64,000 nt of DNA from Thermoplasmatales archaeon (GTDB taxonomy: Archaea; Thermoplasmatota; E2; DHVEG-1), in NCBI GenBank assembly GCA_041304825.1, contig JBFYMQ010000001.1:375-64374 (forward strand). The letters are read 5' to 3'. A program made the position numbers and the translations under genes. Below the pieces are notes generated by a model that was not told the origin of the DNA, did no database searches, and saw only the letters and a program-made list of their open reading frames with translations. This document shows, piece by piece, positions 37,774 to 46,962 of the stretch (the first letter of the stretch is position 1; every line of letters starts with the position of its first letter).

Positions 37774-40632
37774 TTGCCCATGAAATCAGTTTTTGACCTT
37801 CTAAATCCCTGCATTAAAGAATTACTCTCTGCGAACAACATAGAACATCCAACAGAACCACAACAAAAGGCAATACCCTCTGTTCTCAGCGGCCGTCATG
37901 TGCTTTTGATAGCCCCAACTGGGTTGGGAAAAACAGAATCAGCCTTGCTTCCCATCTTTCATCAGTATTTGCTTACAAAAGAATCCTCCTTTCCCGAGAA
38001 AACCGTACGAGGGATTTCGATTCTTTATATTACACCATTACGAGCATTAAACCGGGATATGCTCCGTCGGACGTTCGACTGGGGAAAACATCTTGGCATC
38101 TCTGTAGCGGTCCGTCATGGAGACACCCCGGACAGCGAACGAGCCAAACAAGCGCGGTCCCCACCAGATATGCTGATAACGACTCCTGAGACATTGCAGA
38201 TTCTTTTCACAGGGAGACGTCTGCGGAAGCATCTCAGCTGCGTTCGTTGGGTTGTCATTGATGAAGTCCATGAGCTGGCCAATGATGAACGAGGAGCCCA
38301 GCTTGCGGTCGGTTTAGAACGATTGCTGGAAGTTACAAAACAGGCAGGTCATGAGTTCCAGAGAATTGGTCTTTCCGCCACCGTTGGTCTTCCTGGTGAA
38401 GTGGCACGATATCTCGGTGGGAAAGAAAAAAAATTGTTTCGTCCCGTTGAAATTCTCCTAATCGATGTCACAAAACATATAGATATCAGAGTCGAAATGC
38501 CATCTGTTAAAAAACAGGATTATCCATTAGCAGAACGATTATCCATGGAACCAACATCCTTTGCGCTGCTACGGCGGTGTAAAGAACTCATCGATGAACA
38601 CACTTCCACCCTCTTATTCATCAACACAAGAGACGGAGCCGAGATTCTTGCATCACGGTTTCACCTCTGGCATGATGATCAGAAAATCGGTGTTCATCAT
38701 GGTTCATTATCAAAACATGCGCGCATCGAGGCAGAAAACGAGTTTAAAAACGGAACGTTGAAAGCATTAGTATGCACCTCGTCTCTTGAGCTTGGGATCG
38801 ATGTGGGTGATACTGATTTTGTGATTCAATACAACTCTCCAAGGGAAATCACCCGCCTCGTCCAACGGATTGGTCGATCAGGCCACCGGGTCGGCCAGAC
38901 ATCCACAGGGATGGTTCTTGCAACAAACCCTGAAGACCTTTCAGAAAGCTTAGTGATTGCTCGTCGGGCACTGACTGGTACGTTAGAACAGTTTCTGGTA
39001 CGGCAAAACCCGCTCTCAGTTCTCTCCAACCAAATAATTTCACTTGCATTGGAATATGGGCGAATCAAAGCAAAAACCGCCTATGAAATCATCACGCAGT
39101 CCTACCCTTTTTCAACTCTTTCATGGGATCTTTTTCAATCGGTGGTGTCTCAATTAAAGGATCAAAGGTCGATATGGTTAGAGGAAGAACAAAACGAAAT
39201 AATCATAGTGAAACGAACAAATTCACGGCATTATTTCCTTGATAACATCTCGATGATCCCTGATGAAAAAACATATCCGGTTATCGATATTAGTACGAGG
39301 AAATCCATAGGCACCCTTGATGAAAGCTTTGTTCTAAGTTCTGGGTTTGAGGGAGAAAAATTTATCCTGCGTGGAAGACCATGGATGATTATCAAGCGAG
39401 AAGACAACGAGTTGTTAGTCTCGCCGATAAAAGAAATCGGGACGATCCCCTCATGGGTCGGTGAGGACATCCCAGTACCGTTTGAAGTCGCTCAAGAAGT
39501 CGGGATGTTACGGAGATTTGCTGCTGACAACAAAGAACTCACCCAATACCCTAGTAATACCGAAACCATGAAGAAATTCATCGCATACATCGCAACTCAA
39601 AAAAAAGCAGGATTTGTTGTCCCTGATGATGCCACAGTTACCATCGATGTCGAGGACAAAACCATGGTCCTAAACACTTGTTTTGGTACGAAAGTTAACG
39701 AGACGTTGGGGCGGTTAATTTCTGCGATGCTTGCACAAGCTATCGGTGAAAGTATCGGCATTAATAGCGATGCATATCGAATTAATCTCGAACTACCAGG
39801 CCGTATCCCACCTGAACGTATCAAAGAAATCCTGTGTACCATTAAACCGGACACGTTAGAATATCTGATGAAAACGATTCTACAAAATTCCACGTATCTC
39901 CGCTGGCAACTCGTTCATGTTGCGCGAAAATTCGGTGCATTACGAAAAGACTTTGATTATAAGACCGTAGGGATGAAACGATTATTCGGTCTTTTTGAAC
40001 AATCGTTAATCCTTGAAGAGGCATTGGATAAACTTCTCTGGGAGCGTATGGATATCGAACATACGGTTCAGATATTACAAAAAATACAGAACGGTGATAT
40101 CGCGATCCATATCCAAGGATTATCCCCGATAGCACTTACGGGATTTGAAACAATCCGTGGACTAATGGTTCCTCAGCGTGCAGACCGATCGATTCTGATG
40201 GCGTTGAAGAAACGTTTGGAGGATGCAGATGTCACCATGGTATGTACCAATTGTCATCGCTCCTGGAATACGGTTGCAGGTCGGATTTCTTTACAACCAA
40301 CGTGTTCTCGGTGTGGCGCGATTAAAATCGCAGTGGTTCGACGGTACAATAAAAAGTTTCTACCACTGATTTCAAAGAAACATCGAAGCGCGGAAGAAAA
40401 CAAAGAGGTCCGACGTTTACATAAAAACGCAAGCCTCGTCCTAAGCTATGGGAAATTTGCTGTCCTTGCACTGGTGGGACGTGGGATCGGTCCTGATACA
40501 GCAGCACGGATCCTCGGTCGGTTCAATAAACTTGAACTAGTAAAATCTGAGGAGCAGGAAATAAAATTTTTACGGGACATCTTACAAGCAGAGCTGCAGT
40601 ACGCGAAAACACGTGGCTTTTGGGATTCGTAA
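37774..40632 (+). CDS. Lhr-like ATP-dependent DEAD/DEAH-box helicase with a C-terminal Zn-ribbon.
   Basis: Has APTGLGKTE (Walker A), VVIDEVHEL (DEVH) and a helicase C domain. The C-terminus has CTNCHRSW...CSRCGA. Confidence 0.75.
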   Translation: MPMKSVFDLLNPCIKELLSANNIEHPTEPQQKAIPSVLSGRHVLLIAPTGLGKTESALLPIFHQYLLTKESSFPEKTVRGISILYITPLRALNRDMLRRTFDWGKHLGISVAVRHGDTPDSERAKQARSPPDMLITTPETLQILFTGRRLRKHLSCVRWVVIDEVHELANDERGAQLAVGLERLLEVTKQAGHEFQRIGLSATVGLPGEVARYLGGKEKKLFRPVEILLIDVTKHIDIRVEMPSVKKQDYPLAERLSMEPTSFALLRRCKELIDEHTSTLLFINTRDGAEILASRFHLWHDDQKIGVHHGSLSKHARIEAENEFKNGTLKALVCTSSLELGIDVGDTDFVIQYNSPREITRLVQRIGRSGHRVGQTSTGMVLATNPEDLSESLVIARRALTGTLEQFLVRQNPLSVLSNQIISLALEYGRIKAKTAYEIITQSYPFSTLSWDLFQSVVSQLKDQRSIWLEEEQNEIIIVKRTNSRHYFLDNISMIPDEKTYPVIDISTRKSIGTLDESFVLSSGFEGEKFILRGRPWMIIKREDNELLVSPIKEIGTIPSWVGEDIPVPFEVAQEVGMLRRFAADNKELTQYPSNTETMKKFIAYIATQKKAGFVVPDDATVTIDVEDKTMVLNTCFGTKVNETLGRLISAMLAQAIGESIGINSDAYRINLELPGRIPPERIKEILCTIKPDTLEYLMKTILQNSTYLRWQLVHVARKFGALRKDFDYKTVGMKRLFGLFEQSLILEEALDKLLWERMDIEHTVQILQKIQNGDIAIHIQGLSPIALTGFETIRGLMVPQRADRSILMALKKRLEDADVTMVCTNCHRSWNTVAGRISLQPTCSRCGAIKIAVVRRYNKKFLPLISKKHRSAEENKEVRRLHKNASLVLSYGKFAVLALVGRGIGPDTAARILGRFNKLELVKSEEQEIKFLRDILQAELQYAKTRGFWDS

Positions 40633-40688
40633 GGACCTGTAGTAATATTTATATGATATATGTATATATTATAATGCGGTGATAATAG

Positions 40689-41429
40689 ATGAAGAGACGG
40701 ATCATTTTAGGAAGTATTATGGCTGTTTTTTTAGTCGCGCTTGTGCCAGCGACAAATGCAATTGAATTTCACTCAGTAGACAGAGAATCGACAAGAGCAC
40801 TCATCTCATATGAACAGATTAAAGATATGGATACTGAAGCACTCGTTGCTTTTATCCTGATTCTTTCCAACGACTATCCAGGGCTTTCTGAGAAATTTCA
40901 AAACGCTGTGAAGGATATCGAAAACACACCATTGGATGCAAACCATCAAAGGTCCATTTTAAATGAAAAAAATCAGGAACCCCGGCAGCGTGATGACAAT
41001 CAAACAATCCTTGAAAAAATATTTTGGAAAATATATAACTATCGAGTGTTCCGTTTGTTAATCAGTCTTCTTTTGTTCATCAAATTCCAGTCAAAATTCA
41101 CTCTTATGCGTACGACGACCTGGGGTATACGACTGCTTCGATGGATGAAAATAGGAATTCTGCTCGGTTTTATCGATCCATCCGAAAAGCCTCCTCAGAC
41201 ACCTGATATCGGTTTTCAACAGGATGAAGCGAATAATACCTTGACGGTTACCTACACCACTGCTGATGATATTCTTTGGAGTGATATCTCTGAGATCGGA
41301 GCCGGTAGCTGCGATCTTTTCCTGGAGGGGAACGTGACTGCAGGTGATATGATAACGAATTGTACAGGAATTATTGTACTACAATATGTCCCTACCTACG
41401 AAATTCTCGGTGTTTACGAGTTTGACTAG
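40689..41429 (+). CDS. Hypothetical secreted/membrane protein.
   Basis: Has a signal peptide MKRRIILGSIMAVFLVALVPATNA and an internal hydrophobic helix. Confidence 0.4.
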   Translation: MKRRIILGSIMAVFLVALVPATNAIEFHSVDRESTRALISYEQIKDMDTEALVAFILILSNDYPGLSEKFQNAVKDIENTPLDANHQRSILNEKNQEPRQRDDNQTILEKIFWKIYNYRVFRLLISLLLFIKFQSKFTLMRTTTWGIRLLRWMKIGILLGFIDPSEKPPQTPDIGFQQDEANNTLTVTYTTADDILWSDISEIGAGSCDLFLEGNVTAGDMITNCTGIIVLQYVPTYEILGVYEFD

Positions 41430-41546
41430 GAATCATAAATAACAAAAAAAAGATCGTTCATATTCAAAATTAATACACTCTTCTGAAATTTTTTTTCTCT
41501 TCATAGGACGAAGGCTTTTTACCTCAAGGTAGTATACCGCCAACGA

Positions 41547-43133
41547 ATGTCGTTTCACCAGGATATCATTGAACAGATTCTTTCAAAGAAAATCCAGTCA
41601 AAAGACGAACTGCATAAAGTCAAGGTTATCTTGTGTAAAAAATACAAACTTCGGACAATACCTCGCGACAGTGAAATCCTTGCAAACCTCCCTGCCGATC
41701 AGCTGGAGAACGGAGTAGCGCATTCCTTGCTTCGGAAAAAATCGACCCGTACGTTATCCGGTGTTGCTGTGATTGCTGCCATGACGTCACCAGCGACCTG
41801 TCCGCATGGAAGATGCGTCCCCTGCCCTGGTGGCCCTGAGCGGAACACACCGCAAAGTTACACCGGATATGAACCCGCTGCCATGCGTGCCTGCTGTAAT
41901 AATTTCGATCCGTTCCTGCAGGTCCGCAGTCGCGTCGAACAGCTCCATGCCATCGGACATGTGACCGATAAAGTTGATTTGATCATCATGGGTGGAACGT
42001 TTACTGCTCGCATCCCAGAGTATCAACAATGGTTCGTGAAACGATGCTACGATGCTCTGAATAATCAACGATCAACCTCGTTAGACCATGCGAAAAAGAA
42101 AAACGAGGTCGCTGCATCTCGATGCATTGGCCTGACTGTTGAGACCCGCCCGGACTGGTTTCGATTACAACAGGTTGATTACGCGTTGGATCTTGGGGCT
42201 ACCCGAGTCGAATTAGGAGTCCAAACCATCGATGATGAGGTCTTATACAGGATCAAACGAGGACATACGGTTTCTGATTCTATTGCTGCGACACATATCG
42301 CAAAAGATGCTGGTCTGAAGGTCTGTTATCATATGATGCCTGGCCTCCCAGGCAGTTCAGAAAAAAAAGACCTCGACTCATTTCATACTATCTTTACTGA
42401 TGAACGGTTCAAACCTGATATGATAAAGATTTATCCGACACTCATTATCAAAGGCACACCACTGTATGATCTCTGGAAAGATGGAGCATATGAACCGCTT
42501 ACGACAGAACACGCCTCACATCTTATCGCTACGGTTAAAAAGGATGTCCCTGAATGGGTCCGAATCCAACGGATACAACGAGACATCCCTGCCCAGGAGA
42601 TTTGCACAGGAATTAAAAAAAGCAATCTACGACAATATGTTGAGGCGGAGATGCAGAAACGTCATACTTCCTGCCGATGTATCCGCTGTCGAGAAATTGG
42701 ACATGTCTCCCGGGAGAAAACACAGAATGTCACTGATCAGTCTCTTCATTGTGTACAGCGTCGATACAAGGCAAGCAGCGGAGATGAGTTTTTCATTTCT
42801 CTGGAGGATAGCACACAGGATGTTATCGTCGGCTATATTCGATTACGAGATATTGTTCATCCGCATCGTCCCGAACTTCAAGTAGAGCCATGTATGATTA
42901 TCCGGGAGCTTAAGGTTCTTGGACGTGAGACGTCCCTTGGGAAGCGGACCTCCGAGGCTTATCAGCATCGAGGATTCGGAAAAAAACTTCTCTCTGAAGC
43001 GGAACGTATTTGTTTTGAGCAGTTTGGAAAAAAACGATTGTATGTGCTTAGTGGAGTCGGCGTCAAACCATACTATCGGAAATTAGGTTTTACTGATGAT
43101 GGGACCTACCTCTCGAAGGTAATACCTGCATAA
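41547..43133 (+). CDS. elp3: Elp3-family tRNA uridine(34) acetyltransferase (radical SAM plus GNAT).
   Basis: Has the radical-SAM Cys cluster CPHGRCVPCPGGP and a C-terminal GNAT (HRGFGKKLL). Confidence 0.9.
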   Translation: MSFHQDIIEQILSKKIQSKDELHKVKVILCKKYKLRTIPRDSEILANLPADQLENGVAHSLLRKKSTRTLSGVAVIAAMTSPATCPHGRCVPCPGGPERNTPQSYTGYEPAAMRACCNNFDPFLQVRSRVEQLHAIGHVTDKVDLIIMGGTFTARIPEYQQWFVKRCYDALNNQRSTSLDHAKKKNEVAASRCIGLTVETRPDWFRLQQVDYALDLGATRVELGVQTIDDEVLYRIKRGHTVSDSIAATHIAKDAGLKVCYHMMPGLPGSSEKKDLDSFHTIFTDERFKPDMIKIYPTLIIKGTPLYDLWKDGAYEPLTTEHASHLIATVKKDVPEWVRIQRIQRDIPAQEICTGIKKSNLRQYVEAEMQKRHTSCRCIRCREIGHVSREKTQNVTDQSLHCVQRRYKASSGDEFFISLEDSTQDVIVGYIRLRDIVHPHRPELQVEPCMIIRELKVLGRETSLGKRTSEAYQHRGFGKKLLSEAERICFEQFGKKRLYVLSGVGVKPYYRKLGFTDDGTYLSKVIPA

Positions 43134-43138
43134 ACGGT

Positions 43139-43151
43139 ACTGTTTTTTTTA
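43139..43151 (+). terminator. Oligo-T archaeal terminator after elp3.
   Basis: A T8 run sits 8 nt after the stop. Confidence 0.5.
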
Positions 43152-43216
43152 AAAAATTATATAAAGCTGTGTTGATTTCTTCGTTTACAACCACATTGGT
43201 TGGGGGAGAGTTATTC

Positions 43217-43354
43217 ATGTCCGAATTCATATGGCATTGGACAAAAGAAAATAAAAAGATATATACAACGCAAGTAGACCTCGCAGAAAAAGCAATGAAA
43301 GATGGTTTCTTGGTCATGGGCGCTCGTATCTACCCCAATAACATAGAGCGATAG
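43217..43354 (+). CDS. Small hypothetical protein (45 aa).
   Basis: The ATG is preceded by GGGGAG. It sits between two T-run terminators. Confidence 0.2.
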   Translation: MSEFIWHWTKENKKIYTTQVDLAEKAMKDGFLVMGARIYPNNIER

Positions 43355-43437
43355 ACAGCATTTTTTTTTCCCTCCTTCTTTTTTTTTTTCATTTACGGAA
43401 GATTTTTATCTGTCCTTGTATTTCGCCATCTTACAAT

Positions 43438-44058
43438 ATGACTAAGATAAACTATAATGAATTACTGAAACGAGTGCATAGTGCGACGGTAAAAGAACGT
43501 GTCAATGATGATCGTTTTAAAGTCCCAAAAGTCGATGTGTTCTATGAAGGGAACACCACGGTTTTGAAAAATTTTGATAAAATCATTGATGTGTTAAGTC
43601 GTGATGCAGATCATTTTTTGAAATTCTTACTTGGTAGTGTTGGTACTGCTGGTGACATCTCCAGCGGTCGTGTTATTTTTCAGGGGAAAATCCCGATTAA
43701 AACGATTCAAGATAGACTCGATGAATATGTTAATACCTATGTGATTTGTTCTGAATGCAATCGCCCTGATACCCATTTATTAAAAAAGGATCGCACTCTT
43801 TTAATTCGTTGCGATGCCTGTGGCGCATTCCGTTCAATCGGCTCTATGAAAAAGAGGAAAACAGTGGTTCCAAGCGAGGTTTTCAAGGAAGGGGAGAGTT
43901 ACGAGCTGACGATTAAGGATATTGGCAAAAGGGGTGATGGTGTTGCGTTTTTTGATAAATACGTTGTCTATATCCCCGGGGCGATTAAGGGAGCTACCGT
44001 GAAGGTAAAGATAGAAAAAATTTCTGGTACGGTTGCTTTCGGTCGTGTCGTGCCATGA
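43438..44058 (+). CDS. eif2b: Translation initiation factor 2 subunit beta fused to a C-terminal TRAM domain.
   Basis: The aIF2-beta core has the Zn ribbon CSECNRPDT...CDACGA. The C-terminal ~65 aa, ESYELTIKDIGKRGDGVAFFDKYVVYIPGAIKGATVKVKIEKISGTVAFGRV, match the TRAM consensus. Confidence 0.85.
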   Translation: MTKINYNELLKRVHSATVKERVNDDRFKVPKVDVFYEGNTTVLKNFDKIIDVLSRDADHFLKFLLGSVGTAGDISSGRVIFQGKIPIKTIQDRLDEYVNTYVICSECNRPDTHLLKKDRTLLIRCDACGAFRSIGSMKKRKTVVPSEVFKEGESYELTIKDIGKRGDGVAFFDKYVVYIPGAIKGATVKVKIEKISGTVAFGRVVP

Positions 44059-44383
44059 GGTCCTCTGCTTTTTATAAGAAATTAAAAATTAAAAATGCAT
44101 TACACGTGTCAGTACGTGCATTAGTACCTGCATACCTCTATGCATTGTATCAATTTTTTTGCAGATCTCCAGATATAAAACCAGCATTTTTTCATAAAAA
44201 AAACACGTTGCTTGGTCTGTCGTATTGAACCTGAAATATAGAAAATTATTTAAACACAAGTACGTTTTCGTTCTATGTTTGTCTGACAAATGATGTCGTT
44301 CGGCGTTTATTGACGCCGGCAATATGCGTATCTGACGCAACAATGACATCATTATGACAAGCACGATGAATGTGAGGAGAACT

Positions 44384-44611
44384 ATGGAAAACGACCGCAT
44401 AACAATCCGATTGCCTCAAATCGATCTTAGACAAATCGACCTTTTAATTCGACTTGGAGAATTTTCAACGCGATCTGAGGTATTACGGCATGCGGTAAAA
44501 GAATATATAGAAAATCACACAACCCGTATTCTTGCAAAAGCCGACAAATTCAAGAAAATTCAAGAATTGGAAGCTGCGGCCGCTGCTATAGAACCTTACA
44601 TGAAAAAATAA
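44384..44611 (+). CDS. Ribbon-helix-helix (CopG-like) DNA-binding protein.
   Basis: MENDRITIRLPQIDLRQIDLLIRLGEFSTRSEVLRHAVKEYIE gives a beta-strand followed by two helices. There is a GAGGAG SD before the ATG at 44384. Confidence 0.5.
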   Translation: MENDRITIRLPQIDLRQIDLLIRLGEFSTRSEVLRHAVKEYIENHTTRILAKADKFKKIQELEAAAAAIEPYMKK

Positions 44612-44651
44612 TATCAATGTAAAAGCAGGGGATGGGATGCACCCCTTTAGT

Positions 44652-44678
44652 GAAGGCCGTCTTTTCCAGACGGCCTTC
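44652..44678 (+). promoter_or_regulatory. Perfect 11-bp GC-rich stem-loop between the RHH gene and ftsZ.
   Basis: GAAGGCCGTCT-TTTCC-AGACGGCCTTC. It lies 30 nt upstream of the ftsZ ATG. No T-run follows. Confidence 0.5.
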
Positions 44679-44707
44679 CCAACTACCAGAATAGGAGGAA
44701 CGAAGAA

Positions 44708-45838
44708 ATGGCCGAAAATAAAATGCAAATGCAGTCCTTTGTTGAGGCTGCTATAGAAAATAAAGTACATGAGGAAAGCAAGCAGAAGGTTGATAACGGA
44801 CTCTTTGGTAATGCTCGTATTGTAATTGTTGGTTGCGGTGGAGCCGGAGGAAACACCATCACCAGACTTCACAAATTAGGGGTAAAAGGAGCAGAAACCA
44901 TTGCTATCAACACCGATAAAATAGCTCTTGATCTTGTCGATGCCGATAAAAAACTTCTCATCGGGGAAAGCCTGACCCGTGGACTTGGTGCTGGAGGATT
45001 CCCCGAACAAGGTGAACGCGCTGCACGAGAATCAAGCAGGGCACTTGAGGAAATGCTCACTGGTGCAGATTTAGTCTTTGTGTGCGCGGGAATGGGTGGT
45101 GGTACCGGGACCGGTTCAGCCCCTGTCGTTGCAGAGATTGCAAAGAAACTCGGGGCAATTGTCACCTGCATGGTTTCCACTCCGTTCAATGTGGAGCGGG
45201 CTCGATTAGTAAAGGCAGATGAAGGCCTTGACAAACTGCGAGTTACTGCAGATAGCACGGTTGTTCTTGATAATAACCGATTGCTTGAATTCGTACCAAA
45301 CCTCCCAATTAACCAAGCATTTTCAGTTATGGATCAATTGGTCGCAGAAACCGTGAAGGGAATCTCCGAAACCATTTCAATACCATCATTGATAAATCTT
45401 GATTTTGCTGATATGAAAGCGGTCATGGATTCTGGCGGTCTGTCTGTCATGCTTTGGGGCGAAGCTGATGAAGATGCTGGAGTAGACACAATCGTTAAAG
45501 AAGCCTTGAATCACCCACTACTGAACGTAGATTACCATGGCGCTCACAGTGCACTTGTTCACATCACTGGCGGACCCAACATGAGTCTAAAATATGTTCA
45601 AGACGTCGCCAAAGCACTCACCGAGGATATGGACTGTTACTCCAATGTTATCCTAGGAGCACGTGTGGATCCTGGGTTTGAAGGAAAATGCAGAGTCATG
45701 GCAATCATGACCGGTGTTCAATCAGCAAATCTGTTAACATCACGACCGGAACGACGCACGAACCCGACAGCACCAACGATTCCCCAACGAAAAGTCATGA
45801 CCAACCCCAAAGTCGGAAACATCGACTTTGTCCGGTAA
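44708..45838 (+). CDS. ftsZ: Cell division GTPase FtsZ.
   Basis: Has [10 protein letters not shown] and the tubulin signature [10 protein letters not shown]. There is an AGGAGG SD 8 nt upstream. Confidence 0.95.
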   Translation: MAENKMQMQSFVEAAIENKVHEESKQKVDNGLFGNARIVIVGCGGAGGNTITRLHKLGVKGAETIAINTDKIALDLVDADKKLLIGESLTRGLGAGGFPEQGERAARESSRALEEMLTGADLVFVCAGMGGGTGTGSAPVVAEIAKKLGAIVTCMVSTPFNVERARLVKADEGLDKLRVTADSTVVLDNNRLLEFVPNLPINQAFSVMDQLVAETVKGISETISIPSLINLDFADMKAVMDSGGLSVMLWGEADEDAGVDTIVKEALNHPLLNVDYHGAHSALVHITGGPNMSLKYVQDVAKALTEDMDCYSNVILGARVDPGFEGKCRVMAIMTGVQSANLLTSRPERRTNPTAPTIPQRKVMTNPKVGNIDFVR

Positions 45839-45858
45839 ACAAGAAAGCTTCCCACAGC

Positions 45859-45889
45859 TTTTTTTTTTTTTTATTTATTTCTTTTTTTT
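45859..45889 (+). terminator. Oligo-T terminator after ftsZ.
   Basis: Has a T14 run followed by further T-runs (agctttttttttttttatttatttcttttttttg). Confidence 0.6.
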
Positions 45890-45974
45890 GATTTCAATTC
45901 TCTGATTAGATTTTTATCAATACTGAGAACCAATCTAAGTTTTATAGTACATGTAATATTCCATTCTTCAGTAT

Positions 45975-46048
45975 GGGCCTATGAGGTAGTCTGGATATCC
46001 TTCCGGCCTTCGGAGCCGGATACTGGGGTTCAAATCCCCATAGGTCCG
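45975..46048 (+). tRNA. tRNA-Arg (anticodon TCG). No CCA is encoded.
   Basis: Folded by hand. The acceptor is GGGCCTA/TAGGTCC, with a G3-T70 wobble. The D-stem is AGG/CCT with GG in the loop. The anticodon stem is CCGGC/GCCGG with loop CTTCGGA. The T-arm is TGGGG-TTCAAAT-CCCCA. The discriminator is G. Confidence 0.8.
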
Positions 46049-46105
46049 CTTAATCTTTTTAAAGAACACAATAATACTTATGAATGAGACTCTTCGGAGG
46101 AACAC

Positions 46106-46651
46106 ATGGTCGAACAACTACAGATACGAAGCATTTCGTTTGACACGTCATTCTTACTCAAGGATGATCCATCCATCGATCAAGTCATTAAAGCAATAGC
46201 ACGTGACCGTATTTCTTGTTTCGTGACAGCAACGGTCGCCTCTGAACTAGAGCAGTTGAAGATCTGGGGTCGTATCACTGAATCGACATACAAGAAAGCA
46301 ATAAAACGTTGGATGCGTGCCCATGCGACTGCCATTGATTTTAAAAACCGATTCCTTTCTGACACCCTGGGTCAAACGTGCCTTCGTTCTATGGAGAACC
46401 ATGGAATTGACTCAAAGCACGTGATAAATGATTGTAACATTCTAGTCTCAACTCTTAAGAACGGTGTCGATCTGTTCCTTTCTGAGGATTTTCATTTCAC
46501 CTCAGCGATTACCAAAGAAGTCATCAGTGAAGTAAAAAATGCTGCGTGCTTAGAATACTCTTTGATGTGCACTGCACAGCTCTACAGCATTGATGCAAAA
46601 ACATTTCTCAAAACATATACGAAAGGGTTCATCGATCTTGAAACCATCTGA
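46106..46651 (+). CDS. PIN-domain protein (181 aa).
   Basis: Four acidic positions occur in PIN order: SFDTSFLL, VASELE, INDCNIL and LSEDFHF. Confidence 0.5.
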   Translation: MVEQLQIRSISFDTSFLLKDDPSIDQVIKAIARDRISCFVTATVASELEQLKIWGRITESTYKKAIKRWMRAHATAIDFKNRFLSDTLGQTCLRSMENHGIDSKHVINDCNILVSTLKNGVDLFLSEDFHFTSAITKEVISEVKNAACLEYSLMCTAQLYSIDAKTFLKTYTKGFIDLETI

Positions 46652-46962
46652 TTACACATGCGTCAAAACCTCAGAAAAGAACCTCACCGCCCCAAAAGGT
46701 AAGGAAGGAGGGGAAACGAAGCACGCAGCCACGCGCCACACCGACGCAACGCAGACACGCGACACCAGCGTCACCGGAAGACAAGAGCGCAGATCGGGAA
46801 GACAAGACCCCACCGAACGTCGCCCTTCCTCACCACTCCTCTATTCTCTCCTTCAATCTATTTAAATACATCGCGGGAAAATCCCAAAATGAAAAAGTCA
46901 CTGATTTGAACCAATCAATTTTTAAATCCTAATCCTATTGAGAACAATCTTTCTTTCATGAT

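Noticed and set aside
40633-40688. Alternating AT tract (atatgatatatgtatatattataat) as a possible repeat element.
   Set aside because: It is a short, single copy directly upstream of a gene start. It is most simply a TATA-rich promoter.
44096-44148. The TGCATT/TGCATA four-copy cluster as a stand-alone element.
   Set aside because: The spacing is irregular (19, 13 and 11 nt) and the copies are short. I kept it only as supporting context for the RHH/ftsZ leader finding.
46590-46865. 91-aa ORF across the CA/G-rich island.
   Set aside because: The translation is low-complexity, has no start context and overlaps the PIN gene end. It is more likely non-coding.
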